From the human T2T-CHM13v2.0 reference genome, Homo sapiens, in assembly GCF_009914755.1 (NCBI RefSeq), contig NC_060931.1: a DNA stretch of 64,000 bases. One strand, given 5' to 3'. Shown here piece by piece: positions 32,500 to 55,699 of this stretch. The notes beneath the pieces are model-generated. The model saw only the letters and a program-made list of their open reading frames with translations, had not been told where the DNA came from and did no database searches. Each line of letters begins with the position of its first letter. The first letter of the stretch is position 1. The translations under genes were made by a program, and so were the position numbers.

Positions 32500-32810
32500 T
32501 TCATCTTTTCAATTCATGATCTTATCCAGTCTCGTGATGTTATAAATAACACACTATATGCTAACTGACACCGAAATCTGTATCTCCATACCAGAACCTC
32601 ACCTGAAATCCAGACATGAACATTCATTCACCTGTCTACTCAATATCTCCACTTAGATTTCTAATAGGAATCTCATACTTAACATGTCTAAAACTGAGTT
32701 TCTGATCTTCTCAAATGTCTATTCCTGGTGCAGTCTTCCCCATTTCAGTTAATGGCCATTCTTTACTTTCAGGTGTTCAGTCAAAACCCTGCAGTCATCC
32801 TCAACTCTCT
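32500..32810 (+). mobile_element. L2 ORF2 fragment
   Basis: ctgtctactcaatatctccacttagatttctaataggaatctcatacttaacatgtctaaaactga, typical of L2. Confidence 0.7.
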
Positions 32811-35045
32811 GTTTGTATGGTGGTTCATGAATAATAAAGTTCATGAATCTTTGCATGTGTGAAAATGTTTTATTATGCCTTTACATATTAATAAAATTGA
32901 GAGCTCTCCTTTCAAAGTTACGTTCCCTCAAAATTTGGGAAAATAAATTTCTCAGTTTATTTTCTGTAATTGTAAAATGAAAATACTGGTATTAATTTTA
33001 GTCTTGTTCTGTTGTATTCTAAATATTTATCTCTCACAAGCTTTTAGAGTTTTCTCTATTCTAGATGTTCTAAAATTTCACAATTATATAAACAAACATT
33101 GATCTTTTTCAGTCACCTTGCTTCACACTCACAGGGCCCTTCTAATCTAAGAGGAATTTTCTTCTATTAGTTCTTTGATTATTTCTTCCTATTCATTTTT
33201 AGTTCACTCCTCTGAGACTGCTCTCAGCAGAGATTAGAACCTGTGGATCTATGCTGCTTTTCCTTCATGCTTTCTATTTTTTCTCTTGTTGCATTATATT
33301 CTTCAATAAAAACCCACTCAGCACAAGCTTCCAATTTATCAATTTGCTCTTGTAATGTGTCCATTTTGCTTTTCAGGCCATCTATAAGATTTTTCAAGAC
33401 CTCTCTAATTTGTTCTTTTTATAAGGAAATATAATCTTTCTACATGAATATGACATTCCCTCTTTCCTTTCCGAAAGGTACCAATGATAGTTTTAAATGT
33501 CTTTCTGTTTTGTTTCCTGTGTTAGGATCTTCTATTTACTGAATTTTGTGCTTCTCTTTCATGATGTTGGTTTTCCTGAAATCTGTGTTAATTCTTGTTT
33601 TTGCACACCTTTACATGTGAGAATCCTGGTAATCTGCCTATAAATGCTATTTCTGTTTACTGCAAGATTCTCCTTTGTGACTGTAGCAAAGACATATTGC
33701 TGGACAGGTAATCTGCTAGGTATAGAAGCTCCTAGTTCCTCCAGAATGTTTCCATTAACCTTAAGGCTCTGATTCAAACTTATAATCACTGTTTTAATTA
33801 GAGGGCATCTGTCTCTGCTACATGGCACAAAAAAGGGGGTAGGCCTATAAGGCTGCTCTGACACCATACTTGACCAACTACACTGATATTTTTCCTAGGA
33901 TCCTGAAGCACTCCCATTCCTTTTTTTTTTTTAAGCAGTTTTCTCTTGAGCTGATCTAATGCTTCCTCCTTGAAATTGATTCCAATGTCCTTCTTGTCTT
34001 TCAGAGATTCCTCACACTTTCTGGTATTCCCAGGACACCCTTTTATTCATATCAAGCTTTGCTAAAGTTATACTGTTTTTACCTTTAAAATCTTCTATTT
34101 TTTTTTCTTTTTTTACTTTCTAAGGACTTGAAGTAATTTTAGGTAATCTCTTAAGATTGAAATGACTTTCTTTGTAATTTCCCCAAATAACTTATTTTTC
34201 TGTAATGACAATTTAATAACTGGTCCTTTTAAGGTGACTTCATAACATCCCAAAGGGAAAAAAAAAAGAAAAGAAAAAGATAAACATCATGAAGCCAATC
34301 AAATTTACAATCCTTAGAGTCTTGGGCAATCCTGAAAGTCATTACTTCTGATGAAATAGTTCAATATGATTGTCTTCTTATGGAATGACTGGGAACCAAT
34401 TTCTAAAATATAACTAAATGTTCAAAATCCATAAACAAAAATTTATATAGATTTTTCCCAAAGCTAATGTTAGGGTTTTCATTTACCTTTCCATTCACAT
34501 TTCTTAAACTATATTAACTACATGAAATATTATATATATACAAATTATATATACACATTATATATGTTACATATACAATATATGTGTAACTATATAAATG
34601 TATAAACTATATTAACATTGAAATAGACCTAACTTTTTATTCATATAATATATATACATATCCACTGGATTAATTTTAAAAATCTAATGATAAATAAACA
34701 ATGCATTGCCTTCTGAGATTTATTATAAATTCTCAGGTAAGAAAACTAAGAGACAGATTATTTTTTAAATTTTAGATATCTAAAACACATTTCAGCTTTC
34801 TCAAAATTTGATAGTAATGAACACAAGAGGTCTTTAAAATGGGTAATTAGAAAATAAAGTTTAAATTATACAAACATTAAAGAAAAGGCAAATTCCATAA
34901 TAAAGTGGCAGATATTTGCATTAATCCCTAAGGTCACAAATAAAGTCCTTCAAAATACAAATGTGGCAGTCCTACCTATCCTAGTAGTTAATTCACTATA
35001 CTGTAATTGTGTCGCTGGTGCTTATCAAAACAATAAAACCCATAG

Positions 35046-35392
<347 letters not shown>

Positions 35393-36061
35393 AGGAGGGG
35401 CTTTTCAATAATACAATAGTTCAGAACAGACTATAGACTCAAAAGACATTTGAATTCCAAACCTCCTACCTACTACTCACAAGTTGATGACTCTGGACAA
35501 GTTATCTAAGCTCCTGTTTCCTTGAGTGTAAAATGGGAATATCAATACCAGCCTAAAATTGCTGTAAGGGCTCAAGAAATGAGCATTTATTATCTTCTGA
35601 ACGAGGATTTCTCTGTCATTTTAACTCTTTTTAGTAAACATCTTCTCTCCTATTTTGTACTAGAAAATTAAGGTGAATTTCCTCCCACATGTAATATAAA
35701 ATGTTTTTCTAATTTCATGCAACCCTATCCAAATCCATTACCTCTCTATTCTTAATTTCCTTAAGCAGTAAGCATCCCTGACCATGTCTTTCTCCTCGGA
35801 TAAAACAACAACAAACTAAAGGCCAATCAGAGAGGTTACATGACTTTACAAAGATCATACAGCTAGTAAACAAAGCCAAGACGTGGCCCTGACTCCCAGT
35901 GCAGTGTTCTTTCCACCTTATATCTTAAAATAATACACATAATAAAATAATATAATCAGGTGAGGTTTGCACAGTCTTTTAAATTCACTTGCTCATATAC
36001 ATGGCAGCAAAAAACTATACAATTAAAACAAATCACTGTGAAGTTATTTTGAAGTATTTAC

Positions 36062-36235
36062 CTTTCTACATGCAGGACAAAGCCCATTTTCATCAGTGCG
36101 AATTCGATGCCAACAAAATCGGCAAATCTGGTAGCCACAGGTGCAAGGGAAAAAGTTGATATCATCTATCTCCAAGGGCTCCATGCAAAGAGGGCACTCC
36201 ACAGGGTCTTCCTTCGCATCAGGACTGCGAGACAT
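36062..36235 (-). CDS. CNOT4: CNOT4 first coding exon (exon 2), aa 1-58, C4C4 RING finger
   Basis: ATG at 36235-36233. Translates MSRSPDAKEDPVECPLCMEPLEIDDINFFPCTCGYQICRFCWHRIRTDENGLCPACRK, the recognisable CNOT4 N-terminus with 8 Cys RING ligands. Donor AAG|gtaaat at 36061; 174 nt, phase 0. Confidence 0.98.
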
Positions 36236-36327
36236 CTTCACGTTTATTAAACAGCAGCAAAAGTTTATAATAATTTAAGGGAGAAGGAAGTTCAGCACTG
36301 AAAGCTAAAATGTAGGACTTTGACGAC
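36236..36327 (-). other. CNOT4: 5' UTR part of CNOT4 exon 2 (92 nt)
   Basis: Acceptor ttttgtttcttctcatgcag|GTCGTC on the minus strand (ct at 36328-36329), with an in-frame TAA upstream of the ATG. Confidence 0.85.
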
Positions 36328-37386
36328 CTGCATGAGAAGAAACAAAATACATTGTTTACTACTGGAAAAATGGCACAGTCAACAATTAAGAGTCACACTG
36401 TCAAAAAATTTGAAAAATACTGACTGAGCAACTACTGTTATCAACCTGAAATGGCTTTCAGAATGGATTTCTGAAAATTTTGAATACCAAAACAAAAGGC
36501 CTGGCATCATTAATATTTTGGATTCAACATAAATAAAAAAGAACTTCCCTTTTTTCTCGATAAAACATTTAGTACTAGCCTATAGCACTCATCATAACAC
36601 ATTTTAGGGGAATAAATAAGGTAAAACAGCACTCTTAACTGTCTCATCTTTGACCTAAAACCTAGTAATATTGCCACATAACTAGAAGACTATTACACTA
36701 TTCTAAAGTTTGTCACAATTTATAAAACAAATCGAATGAAAACAAGATACTTCAATCATCTATAGTTACATGTTAACATCAAACTCTTGACACAGAGAAA
36801 CATAGGCTAAAACTCAGAAAAACTCGGATGCCATAGAACCATAGACCTTAACAATACAACTAATTATGTAATAACATGCTAATGAAAACTTCTGAGAAAC
36901 ACGTATTAAACAAAAGTATTCCTATGGTAATACTACAAAAAGCCTATAATAAACAGGAAGAAAGAAGGGAAGAAATAGACCTTCATATCACAAACACTTT
37001 TTGAAAAGTTAAATAATATAACTTTTTAGATTATAGGGAGTTTTAAATTTTTAGGTAATATCTTAGGCTAAAGCCACTGTTAGATTAAAAGGTTAGCTTG
37101 AAATCACTACTTTAAGTTAAAATCTGATAGCCTGCAAACTAATCTATAATTCTATAGTAATCCCCACCAAAATCACGGTGGTAATTTTTTACATAATTGG
37201 ACAAACTGATCCTAAAGGTTACATACAAGAATAAATGCATGAGAATCATTTTGAAGCTTCTGGGGAAAAAAGTGGGAATTTGCCCTGTCACATACTAAAT
37301 TATACTATAAAGCTACAGTAATTTAAATAATTTCCTATTAGTATAAAATTAGACAAAAGAGCAAAGAAACTAAAGAATCTAGATAT

Positions 37387-37692
37387 AGCTGGGTACAGCA
37401 GCTCATGACTGTAATCCCAGCACTTTGAGAGGCCAAGGCAGGAGGACTGCTTGAGGGCAGGAGTTCAGCTCCAGCCAGGAGTTCAAGACCAGCACAACAT
37501 AGCAAAGCCCTCATGTCTATAACAAATTTTAAAATTAGCTGGGCATGGTGGCGCACACTGTAGTCCCAGCTACTTGGGAGGCTTGAAGCAGGAGCATCGC
37601 TTGAGCCCAGGAGTTCAAGGCTGCAGTGAGCTATAACTGTGCCACCACACTCCAGCATGGGTGACAGAGACCCTGTCTCAAAATCAGAAAAA
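37387..37692 (+). mobile_element. AluJ-type element within an old L1M fragment (~37140-38250)
   Basis: Alu dimer flanked by L1 ORF2-like A-rich sequence. Confidence 0.88.
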
Positions 37693-38543
37693 TCTAGAAA
37701 CAGACTCATGAATTTATGAGGTTTTAATATTTGCTAAAATGTATAACTAAAGATGGGAAGGCTGGACCATTTTATAAACAGTGATGGGACACTGGGCTAT
37801 CCATTTGAATAAAAAATAGTATATAATCTAATACTGCAATTTTAAAAAATCCCAAATGATCTAGTGATCAATAAATTATTGAAGTGTTAAAGAAAAAAAA
37901 AACAGATTTTTTTAAAAATCTTGGGATATAGAAGGTCTTCATAAGCAAAACAAAAATTCAGAAGCCATAAAAGGAGACAATCAACTTAGCAACATGGAAA
38001 GAAGAAAACATAAATAAAATTAAAAGTAAGCATCAGAGTAAAAGATACATTTGCTACATATAATGAAAAGCTAATGTCCAGAATATATAAAGAAATCCTA
38101 CAAAGCAGTAAGACACAGACAAGTTAAAAAAAAAAAAAAAAGAGACAAGAAAATGATAAGCAGTTCACAGAAGAATTACAAGTGATTAAAATACATGAAA
38201 AAATGATCAATCTTTAGTTAACAGCCAGGTAACTTTTTTTTTTTTTTTACCCCATCAGCCTGTCAAAGAAGTTAGTTTTCACCCAAAGTAGAGAAGTAGA
38301 GAGGATCAATGATCTAGCGCCTCTTTCAAAAGAGGAAATGGGAACACATTATTTTGCCTTAAGTTACACACTTATTAGTATAGCCTGGATTCCTTCTAGG
38401 AAGTTTTAGCCCTAGATAAGCTGTGCTCTTAACAACTCCCTTATACCACCTCCTAACTAAGAACCTATTCTACATAAATAGTGACACCAACATAGCCAAG
38501 TGTTTGGCTATGTTCTACAGCAATATAAGAGTAGAAAACTGCA

Positions 38544-38830
38544 GGCCGGGTGCAGTGGCTCACGCCTATAATCCCAGCACTTGGAGAGGCCGAGGCAGGT
38601 GAATCACGAGGTCAAGAGAGCAAGACATCCTGGCCAACATGGTGAAATCCCGTCTCTACTAAAAATACAAAAATTAGCTGGGCATGGTGGCACATGCCTG
38701 TATTCCCAGCTACTTGGGAGGCTGAAGCAAGAGAACTGCTTGAACCCAGGAGGCGGAGGTGGCAGCGAGCCGAGATCATTGCACTCCAGCCTGGTGACAG
38801 AGAGAGACTCCGTCTCAAAAAAAAAAAAAA
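38544..38830 (+). mobile_element. AluSc-like element
   Basis: cacgaggtcaagaga diagnostic; TSD agagtagaaaactgca. Confidence 0.92.
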
Positions 38831-40218
38831 GAGTAGAAAACTGCAAACAGTATACTGTCCATCTGTCCATTAATAGGACAATCATTAAGTAAATATGATA
38901 TAACATAAGGTATGTTGATCAGAATGTCTATTCTAGTTATACTTTTTAAAGAACAGCAAGTATGAACATACAATTACTTTCATTAAAACATATAAACCCT
39001 GTATGCATATATATTTGTTTCGCTAAGAAAATAAACACATGGACGTTTAGACACCAAAATGTTGTTATTTCACAAAAGACAAAACGGAGGTAGGAGACTA
39101 CTAATTTTTTAAAGAAAAATCCATATTATCTAAATTGCTGCAAAAAAAAATGTATTTTTTCACAATTCAAATGGCCCTTTAAAAAAAGAGGAAAATTGTT
39201 TTCATTTCCTTTAGAAAAATTAAATTACTTCTCACTTTTGCTAATAATTAGAAGAAAAATACAACGAAATAGTGTCTTCTTGTGAATCTATAATTATTTC
39301 AAAATAAAATTAAAAAAAAAAAAAAGAAATGCCCAGATTTGCCACTATCAGTTTTCAGCATATATACAGTTAGGAGTTTAAAGCTGACTTCTAATAGGTC
39401 CCCCAACTTTAAACATCCCAAAACTGTACCTGTAGAAAACACAGACTCAAATATCGGTTCCAATAACAGAAAAGTAAACTGAAATAATCAAATGGTGCTA
39501 TCTACACTTCTAATACCTTTGATTCTAAGATATCATTTCTTTAACTACAGGTTATTAGAGTTTTAGTGAAATAATTTATGGAATGTTGGGAAGGAAGCAA
39601 TACATTGGGGCTTATGAATAGAAAAGCTTTCTAGAAGGTAAATTACCATAAATAAAAAATGATATACTGATGTTTTGCTTTTTGATTGTTTCTGTTTTTT
39701 AATTTTAAAAAAGTTTACAAGAGTATGTATCTTTCAGTTTAGGGGGAGGTTTAGAGGAACAAAAAAGGGACAAAGGAGAAAGAAATCCTTTAGATAGTTA
39801 ATACAAAAGTAAGTACATTTGTGCACCTCTAGCACCATGGAGAGAAGCCACAGAAGCCAGCTGCCAAAAGTAATCTCATAAATGGTAAAAGGTAGGAGGA
39901 GGGTAGTCTGATGTGGTAGAACACTGCAATACAAGGTCAAAGAGTTGACTGACTCATCTCTTTCACAAAGTAACTATATGATCTTGGATAAGAAATCCAA
40001 AAGAATTTGATGTACTCATCTGAACAATGAAGAAACACAAACTTTTAGGGAATTTCAAGTACAGAGCAATTTCCTAAATGTATTATAGTACCCCTCTGAA
40101 CTAAGCTTTTAAAATAAGCTTTGAAATCGACTCTCCAAAATACCCTTGCCCAAATTTTCATTTAGAGAATAATTTTACTTAATAAGCCAGACAACTAATA
40201 TTAAAATTAAAACTAAAC

Positions 40219-42076
<1,858 letters not shown>

Positions 42077-42099
42077 CACGAGAATGTAAGGTAGTACAG

Positions 42100-44360
<2,261 letters not shown>

Positions 44361-45219
44361 AAATATGCTGTATACACTTAACTATAGTACATAACAGTAC
44401 TTTTATAAAATTTTGAAATGATTACTATATTTAATTAACCCTTTAATTTTTTGCCAATCTAATAGATGAATTTTTAATAACTTAAATATGTAGCTAGTGC
44501 AACTCCACTGAATACAGTTACACAGAAATAATACTCCTAAGTATATACTATACAACCAAAGTTATATATACACTGTAATTATACATAATTGAAAGCTATT
44601 TATAGATATGAAATACACACACAGACACACACACACACAGACACACACACACATGCACACTTTGGTATTGTATAGCATCTTAAAAGTTTCCATAAATTCT
44701 GGAGGTGGTTCTAGCTAGAAATCAAAAAGTGAAAAAGATTAAAAAAAGAAAAAGAAAAAAAAAGTTTCCATAAAAACCATACATGCAATATATACATAAA
44801 ATTATAATTACATAAACTACACGAAGACAAAAAACAGACTAAAGAGTAGCTATGAACAGTGTGCTAAGTGAAAAAGTTTAAATATCAGCACTAATACTTA
44901 ATTTCCCCTTTTAAATTAGGTGCCAAAGTACCAATGTATATCTACCATGAATATTCATATACTATAGAACTCAGGACTGTATTACCTTTAGGAAGCTGAA
45001 AAGCTTACTTATGTTTTAGAAATCTATCTACCTGACAACTTCTAAAAGCCTCTCTCATTAAAGGTTAAACTGCTGTTATACAAAAAAATCAACTATGTAG
45101 GGCTGCTTTCTACCTCTCTATCACTTTGCTATTTATGTAGTAAAATATTTGTATTTTACTTTTCTAAGATGTAAATCAAAAGCAGCATACAAAGCATCTC
45201 ATATAATTTAACATGTCCC

Positions 45220-46630
45220 CAGAGATAGCTGGGAATCTCTTCCCAATGGAACTGACTTCATTTGCAAGAGTGTGACGTTCAAGCCTAAAAGCAATATCAA
45301 ACCCAAGGTTGAGTGAAAGGCATTTTGGAAGAGATTCAAAATACAGGCTAAACTGTAGGCCAGCTAGTTTGCAGGTGAGAACCAGGGAATAAGACAGCTG
45401 GGATGCGCCCCTCTGGGTCTGAACAAATTGTACATGCAGTGACCTCGAGAGTCGTATGGATCTGGCTAAGAAGCAATTTATGTCCTAGAGTATTGTTAAA
45501 GACAATAGAGTAGTCAGCCAGAAATCAGTGGAGATAAAAAGCTGGGTGTGGTCAGAAAAAGAAACAGAAGAAAGCTCTGCCAAACACTGTCAGCCCAACA
45601 CTGCCAGGTGCCATGTGGTCATACACAAGTCTGTGCCCCTAAGGAGCAACACCAGAGGCTTAAACACTGCAAGGGGGGAAACAGAAATCACTGAAACAGG
45701 GCAACAGAAGTCACTAAACAAATAAGCAAATAATTGTAACAAGCCCTGGAAACGAGCAGGGGGTTGAAAGATCAGTACCCAGAGTTGTTGCAATGTTATA
45801 CAAGATGTTCAGTTTCCAACATAAAATTACGAGCCATGTAAAGAAATAGGAAAGTGCTGAGTGTGGTGGCTCACGCCTGTAATCCCAGCACTTTGGGAGG
45901 CCGAGATGAGTGGATCACAAGGTCAGGAGTTCGAGACCAGCCTGGCCAACATGGTGAAACTCCATCTCCACTAAAAATACAAAAAATTAGCCAGGCGTGG
46001 TGGCGGGCACCTGTAATCCCAGCTACTAGGGAGGCTGAGGCAGGAGAACTCCTTGAACCCAGGAGACAGAGGTTGCGGTGAGCAGAGAATCAGCCTGGGT
46101 GACAGAGCAACTCTGTCAAAAAAAGAAAAAAAAAGGGAGGGAGGGAGGGAGGGAAGGAAGGAAGGAAGGAAGGACCCATATACCAGAGAAAAATAAAGGC
46201 AAAGGACACTACCTGCAAGAGCAACCAGATGATGGATTTAACCAACTTCAAAATGCCATTATAAATATGTCCAAAGAACTAAAGGATACCATAATTGCAG
46301 AAGGAAGGTATAATGACAGTATCTCAGCAAATGGACAATATCGATAAAGAGACATTATTAAAAAGAACCAAATGGAAATTCTGGAGTTGAACACTGACTA
46401 GAAAAAATCACTAGAGGAGCTCAAAAGTACATTTGAACTGGCAGAAAAAAGAACTGGCAAACTTGAAGACAGATTGATAGAGATGATGCAATCCAAAGAA
46501 TAGAGAGGAAAAAAAAGAGTGAAAAAAATACAAAGCCTCAGAGAAATATGAAACATCAATAAGCACATGAACATACACATAATGGGAGTAGTAAACAGAC
46601 AGGAGAGAGAGGGAAAGGGAAAGAAAAACT
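45220..46630 (+). mobile_element. Old L1M 5' region / ORF1 remnant with Alu at 45855-46134
   Basis: aaagaaccaaatggaaattctggagttga...acatttgaactggcagaa...aacttgaagacag, an ORF1 coiled-coil-like stretch. Confidence 0.65.
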
Positions 46631-47656
46631 ATCTTAAGTAATGATGACTGTATAAAAATGAAGAACTACAGGTAACACAGATGAATCTCCCAAACATAAT
46701 TTGAGCAAAAACAGCAAGACAAAGTATACGATGCTGGTCATATAAATTTCAACAAAGGAAACTATATTTTAGGGATGCACATAAAGGTGATAAAAGTCAT
46801 GATAGTGACTACCTCTAAGGAAAGGGAGACGACTTCAAATGGCAAGGGGTGTATGGGGCAGGGGGATTCTGAGGTACGTGAAATATTCTGCTTTTGACCT
46901 CGGAAGAGTCTACAAAGACATCTACTTTATAACGAAACTGTACCTGTTTTATATGTTTCTGAATGTATATTTCCTTTTTCAAAGTTTTAAAAGAAAGAGA
47001 CACTAGCTGCAAATTTCCAAGAATTGGTTAAAAGTAATCCCTAGACCCAGAAAGTACAACATACCCAAATGTGATCAATAAGCCCACATCCAGATACAAA
47101 GTAGTAAAATTGCACAACACTAAAGACAACAAGAACCATAAAGGAAGCCATAAAGAAAGAATCCTTCACCCAATGGAATAATTAGAGTAACAGCAAGTAA
47201 CAGCAAGGAAGCCAGAAGGCAGTAATGTATCTTCAAGATATGAAGAGAAAATTACTGTCAACCTACAACTGAGCACCTAGGAAATAACAACCCTGAAAAA
47301 ATGAGAGTAAAATTATAAAAAGACATTTCAAAGACAACTGAAAAGACTTTGACATGGACTAGGTGTTAGATGATGTTAAGGAATTACTGCTAATTTAGTT
47401 AGGAATGAGAATATTGTGGGTTTTTTTTTTTTTAACCTCTTCTCTAGGAGATACATTCTAAAGTATTGACAGACTTCATGATTGGATATTCCAGCAGGAA
47501 GGAAGGCACAGAGAGGTAAAGAGACCCCTCTTTAAACATGAAATTATAAAGTATCAATAACAGGAAACTGAGGAATGGAAATACTGGATTTCATCATAGC
47601 ATTTGTTCTACTTTCATGTATGCTTAAAAAATTTTCATGACAAACAGCTAAAAATA

Positions 47657-50185
<2,529 letters not shown>

Positions 50186-51319
50186 TAGCAGTGTCTGTCA
50201 CTGAGTAGAGGGCTAGAGGTAGTTCGTTTTCTTCCTTTTATTTTTCAATCTTTAGAAATGAACGTTTACTTGTATAATGAGAAAAACTATATTAAATTAG
50301 TTGAAAATTTAAGTATGACGGACAAATAAAAAGGGACAATAGAGTGATGAGATGAAAAAACTTCTGAATGTATAATTAGAGATTAGCATCAGTATGTTTC
50401 CTATCAATTTAATGCTCAGGAGGAGGCCAGGAGTTTATAAAATTAAAGGCTAAGCCCGATGAAAGTGTTATTAATAGGTAAAATCAAATCTGCACAAAAT
50501 CGAAGCTGAGACTAATTAGTGTGCTAAATAATTCTCTACCACACTTGTGAAGGTTGTCAAGAAAAGGAATTGCCTATATCAATTTATTTTCAACTGAAAA
50601 ATACAGTTTTATTTGGGGGAAAAAGTATCTGATAGGGTATAACACCTTTGAAGTTTGTAAGGACTTATCTAGAAACCTAATTAAAACAAAAGGATCCAGG
50701 TATTATAAGCTTAAAACCCTTCTAGTCCGTCTGGACTCCTATAAATTAGTCTTTTTAGAGATACTTCTGTACATCAATTTACAGTATACCACTAGTAATG
50801 GATAAAACAGAAAAAATTAATCCAAGGAGAAACACTAAACTGAAAATGAAGTGCAAGACCCAGTCTTAGCCAGTGAATTTTTTTTTAAGCTCATGTTTAT
50901 TAGCCTGGTTAAATGCAACCACTTCTTTAGCCAAACTGTCAGCTAGTCACTTACATTCTACCACCTCCTAAATTCTAACCCCAGATGGCATGCTACTAAT
51001 CTTATGCTCCTTGCCCACCAAGAGATCTCTGCCAGTGTATCTGTCTCAAACTTCATTCAGGAATATCCTGCCACCACTTCTGCAGTTTTACTTCATGGAA
51101 AGCATTGATTCATATGGAAGTCCAACCTTTCAGTGTTTTGGGCTAGGTAGGGCATAAGGGGACATGGAGGAAGCGTACAGTAAGACAGAATTCATAAAGG
51201 AGGGCAGATAACAGGTATCTGGGTAAATAATGATTTTTAAATGAAAGAAAATGATTTTTGAAAATTTAAACAAAAATAAAACAATCAAGCTTATGTATGA
51301 GTATTTTCCTGGAATTGTT

Positions 51320-51606
<287 letters not shown>

Positions 51607-51961
51607 CTAGATATGCTACCATGCAGCCATCTGGAATAAAACTAAATAATAAATACTTTTAAGGGGTCTAAAATACAGAAATATAGCTATTAATTCTTCT
51701 TTAAAAGGAAGAAAAAATTTAGTGTTTTAACATTTGTTCCTCTCTAATCTCCATGTGTGCCTCACTTCTATTATGACTCAGTAAAGCCTAGAATGGTAAC
51801 CGTTTTACACCATAAAACTAAAATAGTAAAGTCAAGAGTCCTCTGGTCCACATACAACTAGTTCATTCCTGTTTCCAATAGAAAATGTTAACCAAATTAG
51901 TATTACTACAGAAAGTCTCACAGAGAATGTATATGTCAGAATGTTTTCAAGAATAAAACAA

Positions 51962-53478
<1,517 letters not shown>

Positions 53479-53629
53479 GACTAAAACATATAAGCGTGTT
53501 AATATCTGAGAACAGAATATTTTGTTTACTTAATTGTGGGATGGAAACTCACTTACACCACTGCCATCTTAGAAAGTAAAACCCCCATTTAAAAATGTAA
53601 CATTGACGAAAACAGAAGAGAATCTAGAC

Positions 53630-53932
53630 ATTAGGAAACATTTTTGTTGAAGGGCTAAACAGTAAATATCTTATGCTTTACTGGCCATTCAAACATTACA
53701 ATTACTCTACTGCTTAAATGCAAAGGCAGTCACAGGCTATACACAAATGAGTAAGTGTGGCTGTATTCCAATAAAACTATCTACGGACATTGAAAACTGA
53801 ATTTCAGTTAATTTTCTCATATTACAACAAACTGATTTTTTTGAATTATTTTTTCTACCATTCTCTCATGCCTCACAAAAACAAGCAGCAGGAAGGATTT
53901 CTGCAGTGGGATGCAGTTTACCAACCTCTGCT
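53630..53932. mobile_element. MER58B-like hAT-Charlie MITE
   Basis: aagggctaaacagtaaatatctt...gtgtggctgtattccaataaaact...cagtttaccaacctctg. Confidence 0.75.
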
Positions 53933-54109
53933 CTGATCTAAATCAACGAGGAAACCTCACAACTGATCATAAGTCTAAATCCTAGACCTCTTTCAAATCT
54001 TTTTATCTTATACTTCTTCCTGAAGAAATCTTTTGACTACATATTAGGCAAATGGTTTCTCTCTATTCTAAGGATGTACTTTTACAAGCTGTGGTATATA
54101 ATATGAAAT

Positions 54110-54491
54110 ATAATCATCCGTCGGTATCATTGGAGGACTTGTTCCAGGACCTCCCCACCTTCTATGGATACAAAAATCAGAGGAAGCTCAAGTCCCTTAT
54201 ATAAAATGGTTTACTATTTGCATATTACATATGCAATCCTCCCATTTATTTTAAATCATGTCTAGATTACTTATAACTCGGTAAATGCTATATAAACAGT
54301 TACTGTGACATAATTTTTTTATTTATATTTTTTGTTGTCTCCACCCCATCCCCGAAAATTTTCCATCCATGGGTAGTTGAATCCACAGATACAGAAGGCC
54401 AACTGTATATAAAGGGTTCAGTACTATCTGCGGTTTCAGGCAATCACTGGGGGTCTTGGAACGCATCACCCATGGATAAGGGAGGACTACT
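54110..54491. mobile_element. MER2-like Tigger MITE (54110-54406) followed by a Tigger4-like terminus (54410-54491)
   Basis: ggtatcattggaggacttgttccaggacc...gaatccacagatacagaaggccaactg|ta, then ggtttcaggcaatcactgggggtcttggaacg...ggataagggaggactactg. Confidence 0.75.
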
Positions 54492-55699
54492 GTGTAAGGT
54501 GGGAAAAGAAGTAAAACTAGTCTTTATTTGCAGATGATAAGATTTTGTACATAGAAACCCCAAAATAACAGAAAACTACTATAACTACTAATTCAGCAAG
54601 ATCACTGGCTATAAAACCAATATATAAAAATCCACTGTATTTCAAAATACTAGCAACATGCAATGGAAACAAAGTAAAATTGTAATAACACTTAAACAGC
54701 ATCAAATAAAACATCAAATATCAAGGAATAAATTTAATGAGATGTGCAACACATTTACATTAAACCACAAAATACTAGAGAGAGAAAAGAAAGAAGACTG
54801 GATGTTGGCAACAACAGGGAGCATACAGTTGTAAAAGGTCAGTATTATCTAACTGTACTTCAATAATACACAGTGAAAGGAAAGGAAGGGAAGGGAAGGA
54901 GACAAAGGGAAAGAGAAATGGAAGGAAGAAATGTTATTTGAGGTTTAATTTTATGATTTGGCCAAGTCAAAATCTGTATCTGAAAGTAACACCAATGCAT
55001 GCTTTTGTGGAAAGAAGCATTCTCTATGATACACAGTATCTCGCATTGTAAGGGATATACCTTAAAATAGTACTATTTTCTTTGGACAACTAACTATCAT
55101 TATTACATGCTCAGCCTATTTAAACTTTAAGAATAATAAATTAATAGGATTTTGAGATAAGTTCTATTTTAATTTTTCCAAAAATTTGTAAGTTTCAATG
55201 GCGTTTCCACGCTTCTAATACTATTTTACATAAAATATCTGTTCTCTTTGTGACTTAAAACTCTATTCAGACTTAATTTTTCCATACCCAAAGGGAAATT
55301 ATTTAACTTCATTGTAATACAATTAGCAATGACATAAAAGCAACAATTAGAAAAAATATCTAAGTCACCAAGGACTCTATAGCATATAAAACTTTCTGTA
55401 CCTATACAGATATCAAGAGCATATGTATGTGCATGTGTGTGTTTTGTAAAGGATCTTACTGCATACAGTTCTGGAATTTGGTCTCCCCCACTCTTAATGC
55501 AATCAACATTTCTCCTTTGTGTAAATCATAGGTTACGACTCTCAATGAATATTATATTCTACTACACAGATGTCCTATAATTTATTTAACCAGTCTCCTG
55601 TTACTGAACATTTGTTTCAAAGTTTTTGCTACTGTAAACAACATTGTAACAAACACTCCATGTGTGTTGATTTTCCTCATTTATGTTATTTCACCTACA

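Noticed and set aside
36044-36061. Read-through of exon 2 into intron 2 (VNTSK*), giving a RING-only product
   Set aside because: This is the expected ORF-track extension past a good donor. Nothing in the sequence indicates intronic polyadenylation is used.
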